A stretch of DNA of 64,000 bases, taken from Eubacteriales bacterium. GTDB taxonomy: Bacteria > Bacillota > Clostridia > Oscillospirales > CAG-272. The position numbers and the translations under genes are program-made. This document shows positions 18,646-28,520 of this stretch, one piece after another. The DNA lies in contig JAZTXO010000124.1 of assembly GCA_045636445.1 (NCBI GenBank), positions 15,941 through 79,940 of the forward strand, read 5' to 3'. The notes below the pieces were generated by a model. That model made no database searches, was not told the DNA's origin, and saw only the letters and a program-made list of their open reading frames with translations. How positions within the stretch are numbered: the stretch's first letter is position 1; each line of letters starts with the position of its first letter.

Positions 18646-19415
18646 TCTTTTTCACCTATGATAATTTTTATTCCGTTTTCGTCATAAAGGCGCTTTATCT
18701 CATCGCTTAGCTCCCCGTCGGTTACGTATGTGTATTCGCTTTTAGTCTCAGACCTTTTATACAAAGCACGTTTTTCAAATTTGCTGCTATCGGCAAGAAT
18801 CACAACCTCATCTGAGTGCTCCATCATTTTATTCGAAAGTGTGCAAAAATCCTGCGAGAATCCACTTATTCCATTTTCAAGCGAAACCGCCATCGGAATA
18901 ATAAATGCTTTTTTCATATACACAGTGTCAAGTGCATTAAGCGCCAATGGCCCGCCAAAATACCTCTCGTTACTGTTATAATCTCCACCAATAAGAATGA
19001 CTTTGATTCCCTGACACTTACTAAGCACCTCAAAAACATCGTATGAATATGTAACCACCGTTAAAGATGAGAACCTTTTTGCAAGTTCCTCGGCAAAGGG
19101 AACAGCAGTGCTTCCCGCATCAATACCTATAATTTCTCCCTCTTCCACAAGGTCTGCCGCCGCCTTCGCCAGCATTATTTTTTCCCTGCTAAAGCTGTGA
19201 ATGCGCTCTTCAAGCGGCATTCTGTGCATAATCTCACCAATAGCAACAGCTCCGCCGTGAACTCTGCGCAAAATCCCCTCCTTTTCCATCGCAAGAAGGT
19301 CGCGCCTTGCAGTCTCGGTAGAGACTCCAAACTCCGAAACCAGTCGGGAAATAGTTACCGCTCCGTTCTTTTTTATAATTCCATGTATTATTTTTTGTCT
19401 TTCATCTGCAAACAT
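18642..19415 (-). CDS. DeoR/GlpR family transcriptional regulator
   Basis: The internal ATG at 19415 gives MFADERQKIIHGIIKKNGAVTISRLVSEFGVSTETARRDL, followed by a sugar-binding C-terminal domain. Confidence 0.8.
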   Translation of the reverse strand: MFADERQKIIHGIIKKNGAVTISRLVSEFGVSTETARRDLLAMEKEGILRRVHGGAVAIGEIMHRMPLEERIHSFSREKIMLAKAAADLVEEGEIIGIDAGSTAVPFAEELAKRFSSLTVVTYSYDVFEVLSKCQGIKVILIGGDYNSNERYFGGPLALNALDTVYMKKAFIIPMAVSLENGISGFSQDFCTLSNKMMEHSDEVVILADSSKFEKRALYKRSETKSEYTYVTDGELSDEIKRLYDENGIKIIIGEKE

Positions 19416-19627
19416 TTCCACAAAAACCTCACTTTCCAAGAGGATTATAACACACAACAGCACAAAAGTCAACATAATTCCAAATTTTGTTGAAATAAAA
19501 AACTGCAAAAAGAAATTACTCCTTTTGCAGAAATTTTTTATGAGTATTATCTCTATATCAAATCTTAAACACTAACTCCGGAAATCTCAGCAATATCCTT
19601 AAATTCAATATCTTATACTCGTGTTTT

Positions 19628-19656
19628 CGGCAGAGAAGAAAAACTCTTCTCTGCCG
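19628..19656. terminator. Strong hairpin between GH2 and DeoR genes
   Basis: The stem is cggcagagaaga / tcttctctgccg. The U-run is only on the plus-strand side, so its role for the minus-strand GH2 transcript is uncertain. Confidence 0.4.
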
Positions 19657-19671
19657 ATTTGTTTTATTATA

Positions 19672-21921
19672 TTACTTTGCGGGCTTCTTTATTTTATTAA
19701 GCTTTGCGTTAATATCAAGAAGCTGTTCTTTTGTAAGATTTATGCCCATTGTGCCAATCATACCTGCAAGACGGATAAAGGTGAAGCCGCCCATCATCTG
19801 CATCATAGCGTCGTTCATTTCAAAGCCGCCTGCGACCTTGTCGCCCTTTTTGGGGAGCATTGAAGCAAAAACAGAGCTGAACATCTGCATACCTTCGGGA
19901 GTTGCCATAATGTCGGAGAGCTTGTCGTTGATAGAGAGGTATCCCTCCACCTCGGTAATGTCAAACCAGTTAAGAATTGCGCTCTTTTCTTTGAGTCGGT
20001 ATTTTTCGTTAAAGCTATCCACCTTATTGATAACAGAGCTGTCGGAACATTCGCCTGCAACCGCCAAAAGCTCTGTTTTGCCCTTGTTAGGCACGTCGAA
20101 GTAGAAGAAGTGGTCGGGGGCCGTCTTTTTGCCGAGGGAAACGCCGTTTGCAAATAGCTCAACTTCGGGAAGGTTGGAGTAAACTGTAACCTTGGTTACA
20201 TCCTCAACTCTGTCGATATATCTCTTGCCGCAAAGGTGAACGAAAGGAGCGTCCTCGGGGGAACGAAGCCAAGCCTTGTAAGCATAGAAGGAGTCCTTTT
20301 TGTACTTTCTGTCAAAGGTAACAAGGCCCTTATGGTTCTGTCCGTTTTCACCGCCCTCGGAACGTGCGTCAGCACCGAAGTCAAACATATTCCAAACGTG
20401 GGTTGCCCACATATATTTTCTGGTGAAGAGCTGTTTTATAAGCTCCTCGTGGTAGTATGCCTGATATTCCTCGGTATAGCCCCCCTGGGTAGGCTTTGAG
20501 GTGTGCCAGTCAAGAGCCTCGCAGCCGTATACCGAACAACCGATTGGAATATTTGGGTGAGTTTCGTGGAATTTATCGAACCAAGGGCCGTTCATAGAGG
20601 TGTCGCCGCCATACCAGCCGAAATAGTGGTTATAGGAAACGACGTCGGGAATCTGAATATAGGGACTGTCGATAGGACAGGGAGAAACCGCGGCTATGGT
20701 AGTGAGCCTGGTTTTATCCATTTCGTGACAGAGGTCGTTTAATATTCTGTGGTTTTCAAGAAGGTCGGGGTCGGAGTCGCCCTTCATCGTGATTTCGTTG
20801 GAAAGTCCCCAAACTACGATAGAGGGGTGGTTGTAATTCTGAATTATAAGCTCCTTCATCTGGGAGACTGTGTTCTCTCTGGCTGTGGGCATATGCTGTG
20901 AAATATAAGGAATCTCCGCCCAGATAACAAGTCCTCGCTCGTCGCAGAGGTCGTAGAAATATTGGTCGTGCTGATAGTGAGCAAGACGAATGGTAGTACA
21001 ACCCAGCTCACATATAAGATTCATATCCTCTCTGTGATGCTCGGGAAGAAGAGCGTTACCGATGCCCCATCTGTCCTGGTGGCGTGATACGCCTCTTAAG
21101 GGATATTCCTCTCCGTTAAGGATAAATCCACGCTGGGGGTCTATTTCAAACGAGCGACAGCCAAAGCGGGTACAAACGCTATCAAGAAGTTTATCGCCCT
21201 CGTAAATTTCCGCCTCACAGCAATAGAGGTAGGGGTCGGCAATTCCTCGCCAAAGATGAGCGTCTTTGATTTCAAAGGTAGCCTTTGTATCGGCGGATTC
21301 TTCCGACATAACTGCCTTTTCTTCCTTATCATATATTGTATATAGGATTTTCTGCCCTGCTTTGAGGTTCTTTACGAAAACCGAAACGTCTAACTTTGCG
21401 TTTTTGCCCTCAACTATGGGAGTCACCATAATACCCGAACCGCCGTAGTATTCGAGGTCGAAGTGCGTTTCGTTTACGCAGATGATATTTACGTCTCTGT
21501 AAAGACCGCCATAAAACGTGAAATCGGCAACCTGGGGGTAAACTCTGTCGTTTGCAGAGTTGTCAACGGCAATAACGAAGAGGTTGTCTCTTTCAAGGGC
21601 GTCTGTTATATCAACTCGCCACGTAGAATATCCGCCGTCGTGGTGGGCAAGATTTTTTCCGTTAAGATACACGTCAGCCGAAGAGTTTGCGCCGTTTATT
21701 TCAAGATAATATCTGTCCGCTTCGGGAAGGTCCATTTTGTCAAGAGTCTTTGCGTAATAGGCTGTTCCTCTGTAATAATCGTTTCCGCCGTCCTGACCGT
21801 CAATTGCGTTCCAGGAGTGAGGAAGATTTACAAAATTCCACTTGGGTGACACCTCACAGGGAACAGAGGTTGCTTCCTTGGAAAACGCCCACTTGGTATT
21901 AAAATTATAAACTGTTCTCAT
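19672..21921 (-). CDS. Glycoside hydrolase family 2 (beta-galactosidase/glucuronidase-like)
   Basis: 749 aa. LPHSWNA, the GH2 sugar-binding and Ig domains, and WGLSNEI (acid/base NE) are present. Confidence 0.8.
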   Translation of the reverse strand: MRTVYNFNTKWAFSKEATSVPCEVSPKWNFVNLPHSWNAIDGQDGGNDYYRGTAYYAKTLDKMDLPEADRYYLEINGANSSADVYLNGKNLAHHDGGYSTWRVDITDALERDNLFVIAVDNSANDRVYPQVADFTFYGGLYRDVNIICVNETHFDLEYYGGSGIMVTPIVEGKNAKLDVSVFVKNLKAGQKILYTIYDKEEKAVMSEESADTKATFEIKDAHLWRGIADPYLYCCEAEIYEGDKLLDSVCTRFGCRSFEIDPQRGFILNGEEYPLRGVSRHQDRWGIGNALLPEHHREDMNLICELGCTTIRLAHYQHDQYFYDLCDERGLVIWAEIPYISQHMPTARENTVSQMKELIIQNYNHPSIVVWGLSNEITMKGDSDPDLLENHRILNDLCHEMDKTRLTTIAAVSPCPIDSPYIQIPDVVSYNHYFGWYGGDTSMNGPWFDKFHETHPNIPIGCSVYGCEALDWHTSKPTQGGYTEEYQAYYHEELIKQLFTRKYMWATHVWNMFDFGADARSEGGENGQNHKGLVTFDRKYKKDSFYAYKAWLRSPEDAPFVHLCGKRYIDRVEDVTKVTVYSNLPEVELFANGVSLGKKTAPDHFFYFDVPNKGKTELLAVAGECSDSSVINKVDSFNEKYRLKEKSAILNWFDITEVEGYLSINDKLSDIMATPEGMQMFSSVFASMLPKKGDKVAGGFEMNDAMMQMMGGFTFIRLAGMIGTMGINLTKEQLLDINAKLNKIKKPAK

Positions 21922-22028
21922 TTATATTTCCTTTCGTTTTTTGTATTATAGACATATTTTTTCGCTGAAATACGGCGTCCGACGAAAATTATACCGTCAG
22001 ACGCCGTATATATCACTTATTATTAAAT

Positions 22029-23621
22029 TTAAGCTTCTTCCGCTACTGAAGCGTCAGCTACCGCATGGCGAGCAGAGAGATCGGAATCCATCTTTTCAAG
22101 AGTTTTCTTGTCGATGTTATAAATAAACGCAAGTCCTACGAATTGGAGAATTGCAGAGAAGAGATAGAGTCCTGCAACAAGCCAACACATATTGTGAGCG
22201 GTCTGCAAACTCTGACCTGCCGCGCCCTTTTCGGAAACGTAACCGAGAACGCCCATAAGAGCAAGAGCGATAGTAGGGCCGACACCCTGCGCCAACTTTC
22301 TGAAGAAGGAGTGAAGAGCGTAAACCGTACCTTCCTCACGAGTGCCGAATTTCCACTCGTTGTAATCGATCGCATCACCCATCATAGCCCAGGATACGCA
22401 GGTGTAAACACCCATACCAACACCGAAGAATACGAGGCCGATCATATAAACGACAAGAGCTGTTCCGCTATCCTTCATCAAGGGGAATACCATCATAATA
22501 AGACCGCCCACAAGAGAAACGAGCGTTCCCATAACGGAAGCTTCTTTTTTACCGTACTTATCAACTATCTTCTTAATGAAGGGAATGAATAGGAGCATAG
22601 GAAGGAATCCGATTATCATAACGACACCGGAAAGCTCTGCCTTACCGAAGTATGTAGCAAACATAATGGTGTTTGCGGTGGTTGCAGACTGCATACCGAG
22701 GAACATACCCATAGCGGCGAGAGTAACACCGACTGCGGGGCGGTTCTTCATAAACTTTCCAAAAGAAGTGATTATGTTGATTTTCTCGGAGCTTTCACTT
22801 GCCTTAACGGCATTTTCGTCAACACGAATGGTTATCTTCTTAATCATAAAGAGGAAAGCTGCAAATCCGAGAATACCCATAATAAGAGCAGCAAGGAATG
22901 CGTTTCCGCCGATAAGCTCCTGGGCATCACCGAGAGTTTCGGGGTTTATCATCTGTTCGCCCATTTCATAGGGTTTGTTGGTCAGGGGATTTGTGTGGAA
23001 CACACCGTCAAGACCGAGAATCTTACCCGAACCGTCATAAGTAATATCCTTCCAGATAAGGAAAGGAAGAATTATACCGGGAACCATATTTCCTGCCATA
23101 GAGCCGATAGAACGCCATGTGGAAAGCTGCGCCTGGTCACCCTTGTCAGGGCTAACGAGAGAGAGCATAGAACCGTAAGGAACGTTAGCTACGGTGTAGA
23201 ATGCGTCCCAAACAACGTAAGCAACGATGAATATTGTGGACTTAAGAACAACGTGGAAGGTTTCCTGGCTCATTCTGATAGATTCGGGAAGAGGAAGGAA
23301 CACCAACGCGCCCGCAACGAGCAAGCCGCAAGCTCCGAAGAAAATATAGGTCTTGAATTTGCCCATTTTGTATTTTCTCTTGTCGTTGTCTATCATAGAT
23401 CCGATCATCGGATCGTTAATAGCGTCCCAAATCTGGGTTACAAGAACGAGCGCGGAAAGCAAACCTATCTCCATATACATATACACAAGCCAGAAGGTTT
23501 GTACAGTGCTCTTCAGCGCAAAGCTCATATTGCAACCAAAGTCACCCGCAGCGTATGCCAACTTATCCAGCATACCGAATTTACGCTTGCCGTTTTGGTC
23601 AAGCTGAATTTCTTTTTTCAT
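22029..23621 (-). CDS. GPH-family glycoside/pentoside/hexuronide:cation symporter
   Basis: KLAYAAGDFGCN near the N-terminus and 12 TM segments. The ATG at 23621 is preferred over the GTG at 23633. Confidence 0.75.
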   Translation of the reverse strand: MKKEIQLDQNGKRKFGMLDKLAYAAGDFGCNMSFALKSTVQTFWLVYMYMEIGLLSALVLVTQIWDAINDPMIGSMIDNDKRKYKMGKFKTYIFFGACGLLVAGALVFLPLPESIRMSQETFHVVLKSTIFIVAYVVWDAFYTVANVPYGSMLSLVSPDKGDQAQLSTWRSIGSMAGNMVPGIILPFLIWKDITYDGSGKILGLDGVFHTNPLTNKPYEMGEQMINPETLGDAQELIGGNAFLAALIMGILGFAAFLFMIKKITIRVDENAVKASESSEKINIITSFGKFMKNRPAVGVTLAAMGMFLGMQSATTANTIMFATYFGKAELSGVVMIIGFLPMLLFIPFIKKIVDKYGKKEASVMGTLVSLVGGLIMMVFPLMKDSGTALVVYMIGLVFFGVGMGVYTCVSWAMMGDAIDYNEWKFGTREEGTVYALHSFFRKLAQGVGPTIALALMGVLGYVSEKGAAGQSLQTAHNMCWLVAGLYLFSAILQFVGLAFIYNIDKKTLEKMDSDLSARHAVADASVAEEA

Positions 23622-23813
23622 TTGATTTCTCACTTTCTTGGATTTTTAATGCTTTACAGTTACATTACGCTTTATTATATCATATTCAAACACAAAATAG
23701 CAAGGGTTAAAACGGCTTTTCCCCACTTCCGACAACAAAAATTTACTTACAAATATGTAAAAATTATACAAAAAAACGCCTGTGCCAAAGAAAACTCCGC
23801 ACAGACGCTTTTT

Positions 23814-24701
23814 TTATTTGCTTATTCGCATATCGTATTTTGACGCTACGTCTTTTGTTATGGAAATAAGCCGCTTCATTGGAATTGTCAGAATTTTATC
23901 CGGCTTTACCGATATAGCAAGCTGACGCGCGCATTCGGGTACTATCGGAACAAGCTGAACCTCTGCATCCTTGCCCTGCAAAATAAGCTCGGAGAGCATA
24001 CTTATACCGAGATTATGCTCAACCATCGAAATTATTGCCGGGTCGTCAACGTAGGTCTGGGTTACAAAGGGACGAATGCTGTACTCCGAAAATACCGCCC
24101 CTATATCATCGTCAAAGCCAAGACCGGGCATAAGGAATTTCGTGCCGTTAAAGCCGCTTATGGGAAACTCACCGTTTTCAACCGGATAACCCTTGGGAAG
24201 AACCGCATAAAATCTGTCCGAGCCGAGAGTAGTCCACTTAAAGTCGTACTTTGAATTTTTAGTTCCGAAGCAAATGTCAAATCTGCCCTCGTCAAGTCCT
24301 CCGTAAAGCTCGGTAAGAGTACCCGTCTGAATGTTGACGGTTATGTCGGGAAATTCCTCGGAAAGTCTTTCAACGACCGGGGGCAAAACCGTTCCCGCAA
24401 GGCTGGAAAACGCGCCTATTCTTATAACGTTGTCGCCATAAGCCTTTAAAAGATCGATTTCTGCCGCGAGAGCGTCCTCACAAGCCACAAGAGCGCGGAT
24501 TCGGGAAATTATTCTCTCGCCACCGGGGGTAAGCTTAACACCGAAATGCCCTCTTTGAAGAACCGGAAATCCAAGGTCATCTTCAAGCGCATTCATCATA
24601 TGAGTAAGGCCCGATTGAGTATATCCCAATTTCTGAGCTGCCGCAGAAAAGCTTCCGAGATCCACAGCGGCAAGAAGCGCTTTGTATTTAGAAACGTTCA
24701 T
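23814..24701 (-). CDS. LysR family transcriptional regulator
   Basis: The HTH is LLAAVDLGSFSAAAQKLGYTQSGLTHMMNALE, followed by a LysR substrate-binding domain. Confidence 0.85.
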   Translation of the reverse strand: MNVSKYKALLAAVDLGSFSAAAQKLGYTQSGLTHMMNALEDDLGFPVLQRGHFGVKLTPGGERIISRIRALVACEDALAAEIDLLKAYGDNVIRIGAFSSLAGTVLPPVVERLSEEFPDITVNIQTGTLTELYGGLDEGRFDICFGTKNSKYDFKWTTLGSDRFYAVLPKGYPVENGEFPISGFNGTKFLMPGLGFDDDIGAVFSEYSIRPFVTQTYVDDPAIISMVEHNLGISMLSELILQGKDAEVQLVPIVPECARQLAISVKPDKILTIPMKRLISITKDVASKYDMRISK

Positions 24702-24803
24702 TTAACCACCGTTTTGTAAACCTTTATTTTCATTTTCGAGAAATAAGTTCATTTTTCATTCCTCATTTCTCATTTTTCATTCCCACTATGAGAAATCTCA
24801 CAC

Positions 24804-25886
24804 TTAATTAAAGTATCCCTCTCTGTAAAGAAGCTCTGCGATAAGAACTGCTCCGCCCGCAGCGCCGCGAAGAGTGTTGTGAGAGAGGCCTACGAACTTG
24901 TAGTCGTAAAGAGTGTCCTCACGAAGTCTGCCCGCAGATACACCCATACCGCCATAAATGTCACGGTCAAGCTTTGCCTGGGGACGGTTATCCTCTTCAA
25001 AGTAGGTAATAAACTGTGCGGGAGCAGAGGGAAGCTCAAGAATCTGGGGCTTACCCTTGAAGTTTTTCCAATCCTCAAGAATCTGCTCCTTGGTGGGCTT
25101 GTTTTCGAACTTAACGAAAACTGCAGCGGTGTGGCCGTCGGTTACGGGAACTCTGAGGCACTGGGTAGTGATTACGGGAGTGGTTGCGGGAACGACCTTG
25201 CCGTCCTCAACCTTACCCCATACTCTGAGAGGCTCTTTTTCGCTCTTCTCTTCCTCGCCGCCGATGAAGGGAATGAGGTTATCTATCATTTCGGGCCACT
25301 CCTTGAAGGTCTTACCCGCGCCGGAAATCGCCTGATAGGTAGTAGCAACAACTTCCTTGATGCCATACTTAAGAAGGGGGGTAAGCTCGGGAACGTAAGC
25401 CTGAATAGAACAGTTAGGCTTAACCGCAATAAATCCACGCTTTGTGCCGAGTCTCTTTCTCTGGGCCTCGATAACCTCAAGGTGAGAATCGTTGATTTCG
25501 GGAATTACCATAGGAACGTCGGGAGTCCATCTGTGAGCAGAGTTGTTGGAAACTACGGGAATTTCAGCCTTTGCGTATCTTTCCTCAAGAGCGCGTGTTT
25601 CGTCCTTGTTAAGGCTTACCGCACAGAATACGAAATCGCAAAGCTCCTTTACCGCATCAATATCCTCGGAAGAAATAACGGTCATATCAGCGATTTTTGC
25701 AGGACACTCGGTCTGCATCTTCCATCTGCCCTCTACCGCATCGGAGTACTTCTGCCCTGCGGTTCTTGCACTTGCAACAAGCGCGGTTATTTCAAAATAG
25801 GGGTGTTCGTTAAGGAGCATAATAAATCTCTGACCTACCATACCGGTAGCACCCACGATACCTACTCTCATCTTTTTGTTTTCCAT
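24804..25886 (-). CDS. asd: Aspartate-semialdehyde dehydrogenase
   Basis: VGIVGATGMVGQR, NCSIQ (active-site Cys context) and RVPVTDGH are present. Confidence 0.9.
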   Translation of the reverse strand: MENKKMRVGIVGATGMVGQRFIMLLNEHPYFEITALVASARTAGQKYSDAVEGRWKMQTECPAKIADMTVISSEDIDAVKELCDFVFCAVSLNKDETRALEERYAKAEIPVVSNNSAHRWTPDVPMVIPEINDSHLEVIEAQRKRLGTKRGFIAVKPNCSIQAYVPELTPLLKYGIKEVVATTYQAISGAGKTFKEWPEMIDNLIPFIGGEEEKSEKEPLRVWGKVEDGKVVPATTPVITTQCLRVPVTDGHTAAVFVKFENKPTKEQILEDWKNFKGKPQILELPSAPAQFITYFEEDNRPQAKLDRDIYGGMGVSAGRLREDTLYDYKFVGLSHNTLRGAAGGAVLIAELLYREGYFN

Positions 25887-25951
25887 TTTTTACCTAGCCT
25901 TTCTCTGCGACTTTCGCAGATATAAATATTTATAAAATCTAAGTGCCTATA

Positions 25952-25980
25952 ATTCTATCATATTAAAAATTCTAAGTCAA
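25952..25980 (-). promoter_or_regulatory. Candidate sigma-A promoter for asd
   Basis: Minus strand reads TTGACT, 17 nt, then TGATAGAAT (extended -10). Confidence 0.5.
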
Positions 25981-26149
25981 TGCTTTTTAACTTAAATTTA
26001 TGAAATTTTCTCATATTCGTCACTTTTCACTTATACGTATTAAAAAATCCCATTACCCTTGTGCGATTTGCCGTTATATCTTCCGTCAAAGCACCTCTCG
26101 GAACGCTTCTTTTTTTATTAAGAGTCAAGGGTAAATAGTCCTAACGAAT

Positions 26150-26191
26150 GAAAAAATACGAGAAACCTTACGGCATTTCTCGTATTTTTTC
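26150..26191. terminator. Bidirectional terminator hairpin
   Basis: The stem aatacgagaaa / tttctcgtatt is flanked by A- and T-runs. Confidence 0.65.
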
Positions 26192-26214
26192 TCGTCCGTC
26201 TGCGTTTTTTAAGT

Positions 26215-26535
26215 TTATCGAGAAATTCGAGGTGCTTCAATCTCCCTGATTTCTTCTTCGTTTTTTAGATCGAATTCGGGGAAACAGATCAAATAGTAGT
26301 CACACTCATCGCAACAACACTCAAAGCCTTGCTCGCCGTTGCCAAGACAAACGGTAGGCTCTCCGGGCGTGAGTTCTATACCGGTAATATCTATTACTCT
26401 TTTTTGAATATTCTTATCCAGATTTTCTCCTATCGACATATAAAAAAGGTGCGCAACCGAAGCCACGCACCGAAAAACGCAAACTTCGATTGCTGCTACA
26501 CAAAACCAGATAAACGGGATAATGGAATCCGACAT
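26215..26535 (-). CDS. Hypothetical small Cys-rich protein (start uncertain: 26535 or 26439)
   Basis: The ORF has a hydrophobic N-terminus and a C-terminal GFECCCDECDYYLICFPEF. Ribosome-binding sites are weak. A terminator lies downstream. Confidence 0.35.
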   Translation of the reverse strand: MSDSIIPFIWFCVAAIEVCVFRCVASVAHLFYMSIGENLDKNIQKRVIDITGIELTPGEPTVCLGNGEQGFECCCDECDYYLICFPEFDLKNEEEIREIEAPRISR

Positions 26536-26764
26536 ACTACCTGCTCGAATTTGCGTTTTTACCAAATTCAAAAGTAGTATGCCAAAAAAGGGTATAGTAT
26601 ACCCATATAAATAGAAAGACCATTAGCCCTAAAGTTTATTCGGTTTTGTGTAGCGAATTTATTATATCACAATTTTTGATATTTGTAAATGCATTTAGCG
26701 AAATTAATCAAATTACATTGCGTAAGGTAGCAAAAAGCCTCCTCTGTGTAAAGGGTAGCCTAAT

Positions 26765-26964
26765 TTGTCATTCCGAGCGGTAAGAATTAAAAACGGAGAC
26801 ACAGAGCCGAAGTCGAGGAATCTCCTTTTCCGAACCGCCTAAAGTCAAGGCTCGTGCAAGTGGGAGTCTTCGTTTGCCAAAGTCTGCGCCGCTTAAGGCT
26901 CCGAGTGGGAGATTCCTCAGTTTTAGGTACCGTCTTCGGGAAGTGTTCGCGATTTCGGAATGAC
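26765..26964. repeat. ~200-bp palindromic dispersed repeat, copy 2 (related to 6265-6461)
   Basis: Ends are tgtcattccga / tcggaatgaca. There is an internal inverted pair gaggaatctcc / ggagattcctc. An extra partial end, tttcgggatgaca, lies at about 26988-27000. Confidence 0.75.
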
Positions 26965-27009
26965 AGATGCGGGGCAACACATCACGGTTTCGGGATGACA
27001 GATTTGCGA

Positions 27010-27050
27010 AAAAGCAAAATACGGCATACCTCTTTGGAGATATACCGTAT
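27010..27050 (-). terminator. Terminator of the spoIIIA operon
   Basis: An imperfect stem AATACGGTATATCTCC / GGTATGCCGTATT is followed by UUUUGCUUUUU on the minus strand. Confidence 0.55.
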
Positions 27051-27109
27051 TTCTGAAAACTATCCTTTAGAGTGATGCTCTAAACGTCCGTTCTTTTTGT
27101 TCGGTTATA

Positions 27110-27661
27110 TTACGCCTTATTTACGATGCTGATTTTCTCGGGGGAGATGCCTGTGGTCTCGTAAACGATGGTGAAGATTTGAGCGGCTTCCGCAGCCTTA
27201 AGGCTTTCCGCTTTTACGATAACGCTTACCGCTCCGTCGGAAATTACCGCAACGCACTCTTCAAAGCCCTTTGCCTTAACGAGAGACTCGATATTCGCCT
27301 CGTTCTGAATGTCAACGGCTATCTGGGAAATCTTTGCGGTAGCCTCGCTCTTTGCTTCCTCGGTGGACTCGTCGCTTTCTGCAACGAGCTTGAGTACGTC
27401 GAGAGCCTCGTCTCTTGCCTCTTCTCTGTTAAGCGCGGTGGCGGTGAAGTAATTTGAGCCGTCTGCGTCACTGCCTGCGCTTTGGCTGTCGGAATAATTA
27501 TTTTCCATATTATTCTCGCCATAGCCTAAAGCCGAGGTGGGGTCGTAGAACCAGCGGTAGTTAAGATAAACCGCAAGTCCGATAAGTAATGCGCAGGACG
27601 CAACTATAATGCCCTTGGCGCTTTTGGTGGAAAGAAACTGTTTGATTTTTTCGTTTGTCAT
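27110..27661 (-). CDS. spoIIIAH: Stage III sporulation protein AH
   Basis: Last gene of the operon. The ATG at 27661 has a GGAG site. It has an N-terminal TM, an acidic linker and a YscJ-like C-terminal domain. Confidence 0.7.
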   Translation of the reverse strand: MTNEKIKQFLSTKSAKGIIVASCALLIGLAVYLNYRWFYDPTSALGYGENNMENNYSDSQSAGSDADGSNYFTATALNREEARDEALDVLKLVAESDESTEEAKSEATAKISQIAVDIQNEANIESLVKAKGFEECVAVISDGAVSVIVKAESLKAAEAAQIFTIVYETTGISPEKISIVNKA

Positions 27662-27730
27662 TGTATGTTTTCTCCTTGAAATTTGATGCTTGATAAAAGA
27701 TATGCCGTAAAGCACGGATATATTCCCTTT

Positions 27731-28081
27731 TTATTCCGAGATTTTTAATACCGAAATTCTGTTGTACCCCAAGCCGTAAAGACTGCTGATGAGCTTATAG
27801 AGTTTTAAGCGTACTTCGTCGCTTTGCGCCCCCTCGCAAAGAACGGCAACCGCCACGACCTCACCGTCATCACCGTAATTTATTACCGCCCGGCACTCCC
27901 CGACGCCCTCGACCGAGGAGCAAAGCCGACTTAAATCGCTAAGGCTTTCTTCGGAATGGGCGACCTCTTTGCTCCCCGAAATAAATATAAGAACCGCCCC
28001 GACAAGGGCAACAAGGACTATGCCCAGCGATTTTTTTCCTTTTAAGAACTCCAAAAATTTGCTATCCGATTTCAATTTCAA
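27731..28081 (-). CDS. spoIIIAG: Stage III sporulation protein AG (short form, TTG start)
   Basis: Assigned by position in the operon. It has an N-terminal TM and VEGVGECRAVINY ... AVAVLCEG. A GGAG site lies 9 nt upstream of the TTG. Confidence 0.55.
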   Translation of the reverse strand: MKLKSDSKFLEFLKGKKSLGIVLVALVGAVLIFISGSKEVAHSEESLSDLSRLCSSVEGVGECRAVINYGDDGEVVAVAVLCEGAQSDEVRLKLYKLISSLYGLGYNRISVLKISE

Positions 28082-28520
28082 CCTTACATTCTCCTATATC
28101 CATACCGTTTACGTATTTTTCAATCTCACGATAGTCCGAAAGTGCCGCCCCGCCCGAAAGAATTACCCTTACTTTCTTGGCTGTAAAGTCTTCTTTGGAG
28201 AAGCTTTCCGAAAGGACTCTTACTTCATTATAATTTAAGGAAAATTTCTCGCAAACCGCTCTTTTCACACCGTCGCAAAAGGCATTTTCAAATACTTCTT
28301 CGCCACTTCCCTCTTCGGCAGGGGGCATTTCGGGAAAAATATCATTAAAAGCTCCCTGCCAGCCGTCAAACACCGAAAAAAGAGGCGTACAGACCACCGA
28401 AAAAAGCAAAACTCCAAAGGCAAACCGCCTGAATGACTCAAGCCGTGAAGAATAGGCAATATGCGAGAGCGCCGAAAGAAAAGCCGAGGCTGAAAAAATT
28501 GAAATCATATATTCCTTCAC
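28062..28520 (-). CDS. spoIIIAF: Stage III sporulation protein AF
   Basis: Assigned by position. It has two N-terminal TM segments. The start is GTG at 28520 (overlapping the AE stop) or ATG at 28508. Confidence 0.6.
   Translation of the reverse strand: MKEYMISIFSASAFLSALSHIAYSSRLESFRRFAFGVLLFSVVCTPLFSVFDGWQGAFNDIFPEMPPAEEGSGEEVFENAFCDGVKRAVCEKFSLNYNEVRVLSESFSKEDFTAKKVRVILSGGAALSDYREIEKYVNGMDIGECKVEIEIG

Noticed and set aside
24740-24800. Direct repeats tcatttttcattcc between asd and the LysR gene as possible LysR boxes
   Set aside because: The sequence is short, low-complexity and AT-rich. There is no T-N11-A dyad, and slippage explains it equally well.
24879-25925. 348-aa plus-strand ORF
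   Set aside because: It is antisense to asd, whose identity is unambiguous. This is a typical shadow ORF.
25990-26140. Lysine riboswitch (L-box) upstream of asd, suggested by an AGAGGTGC motif on the minus strand
   Set aside because: The other conserved L-box elements I recall (GGGGA, UGCCGAAG, CUGG helices) are not present, and the region is too short. A covariance-model scan would settle it.
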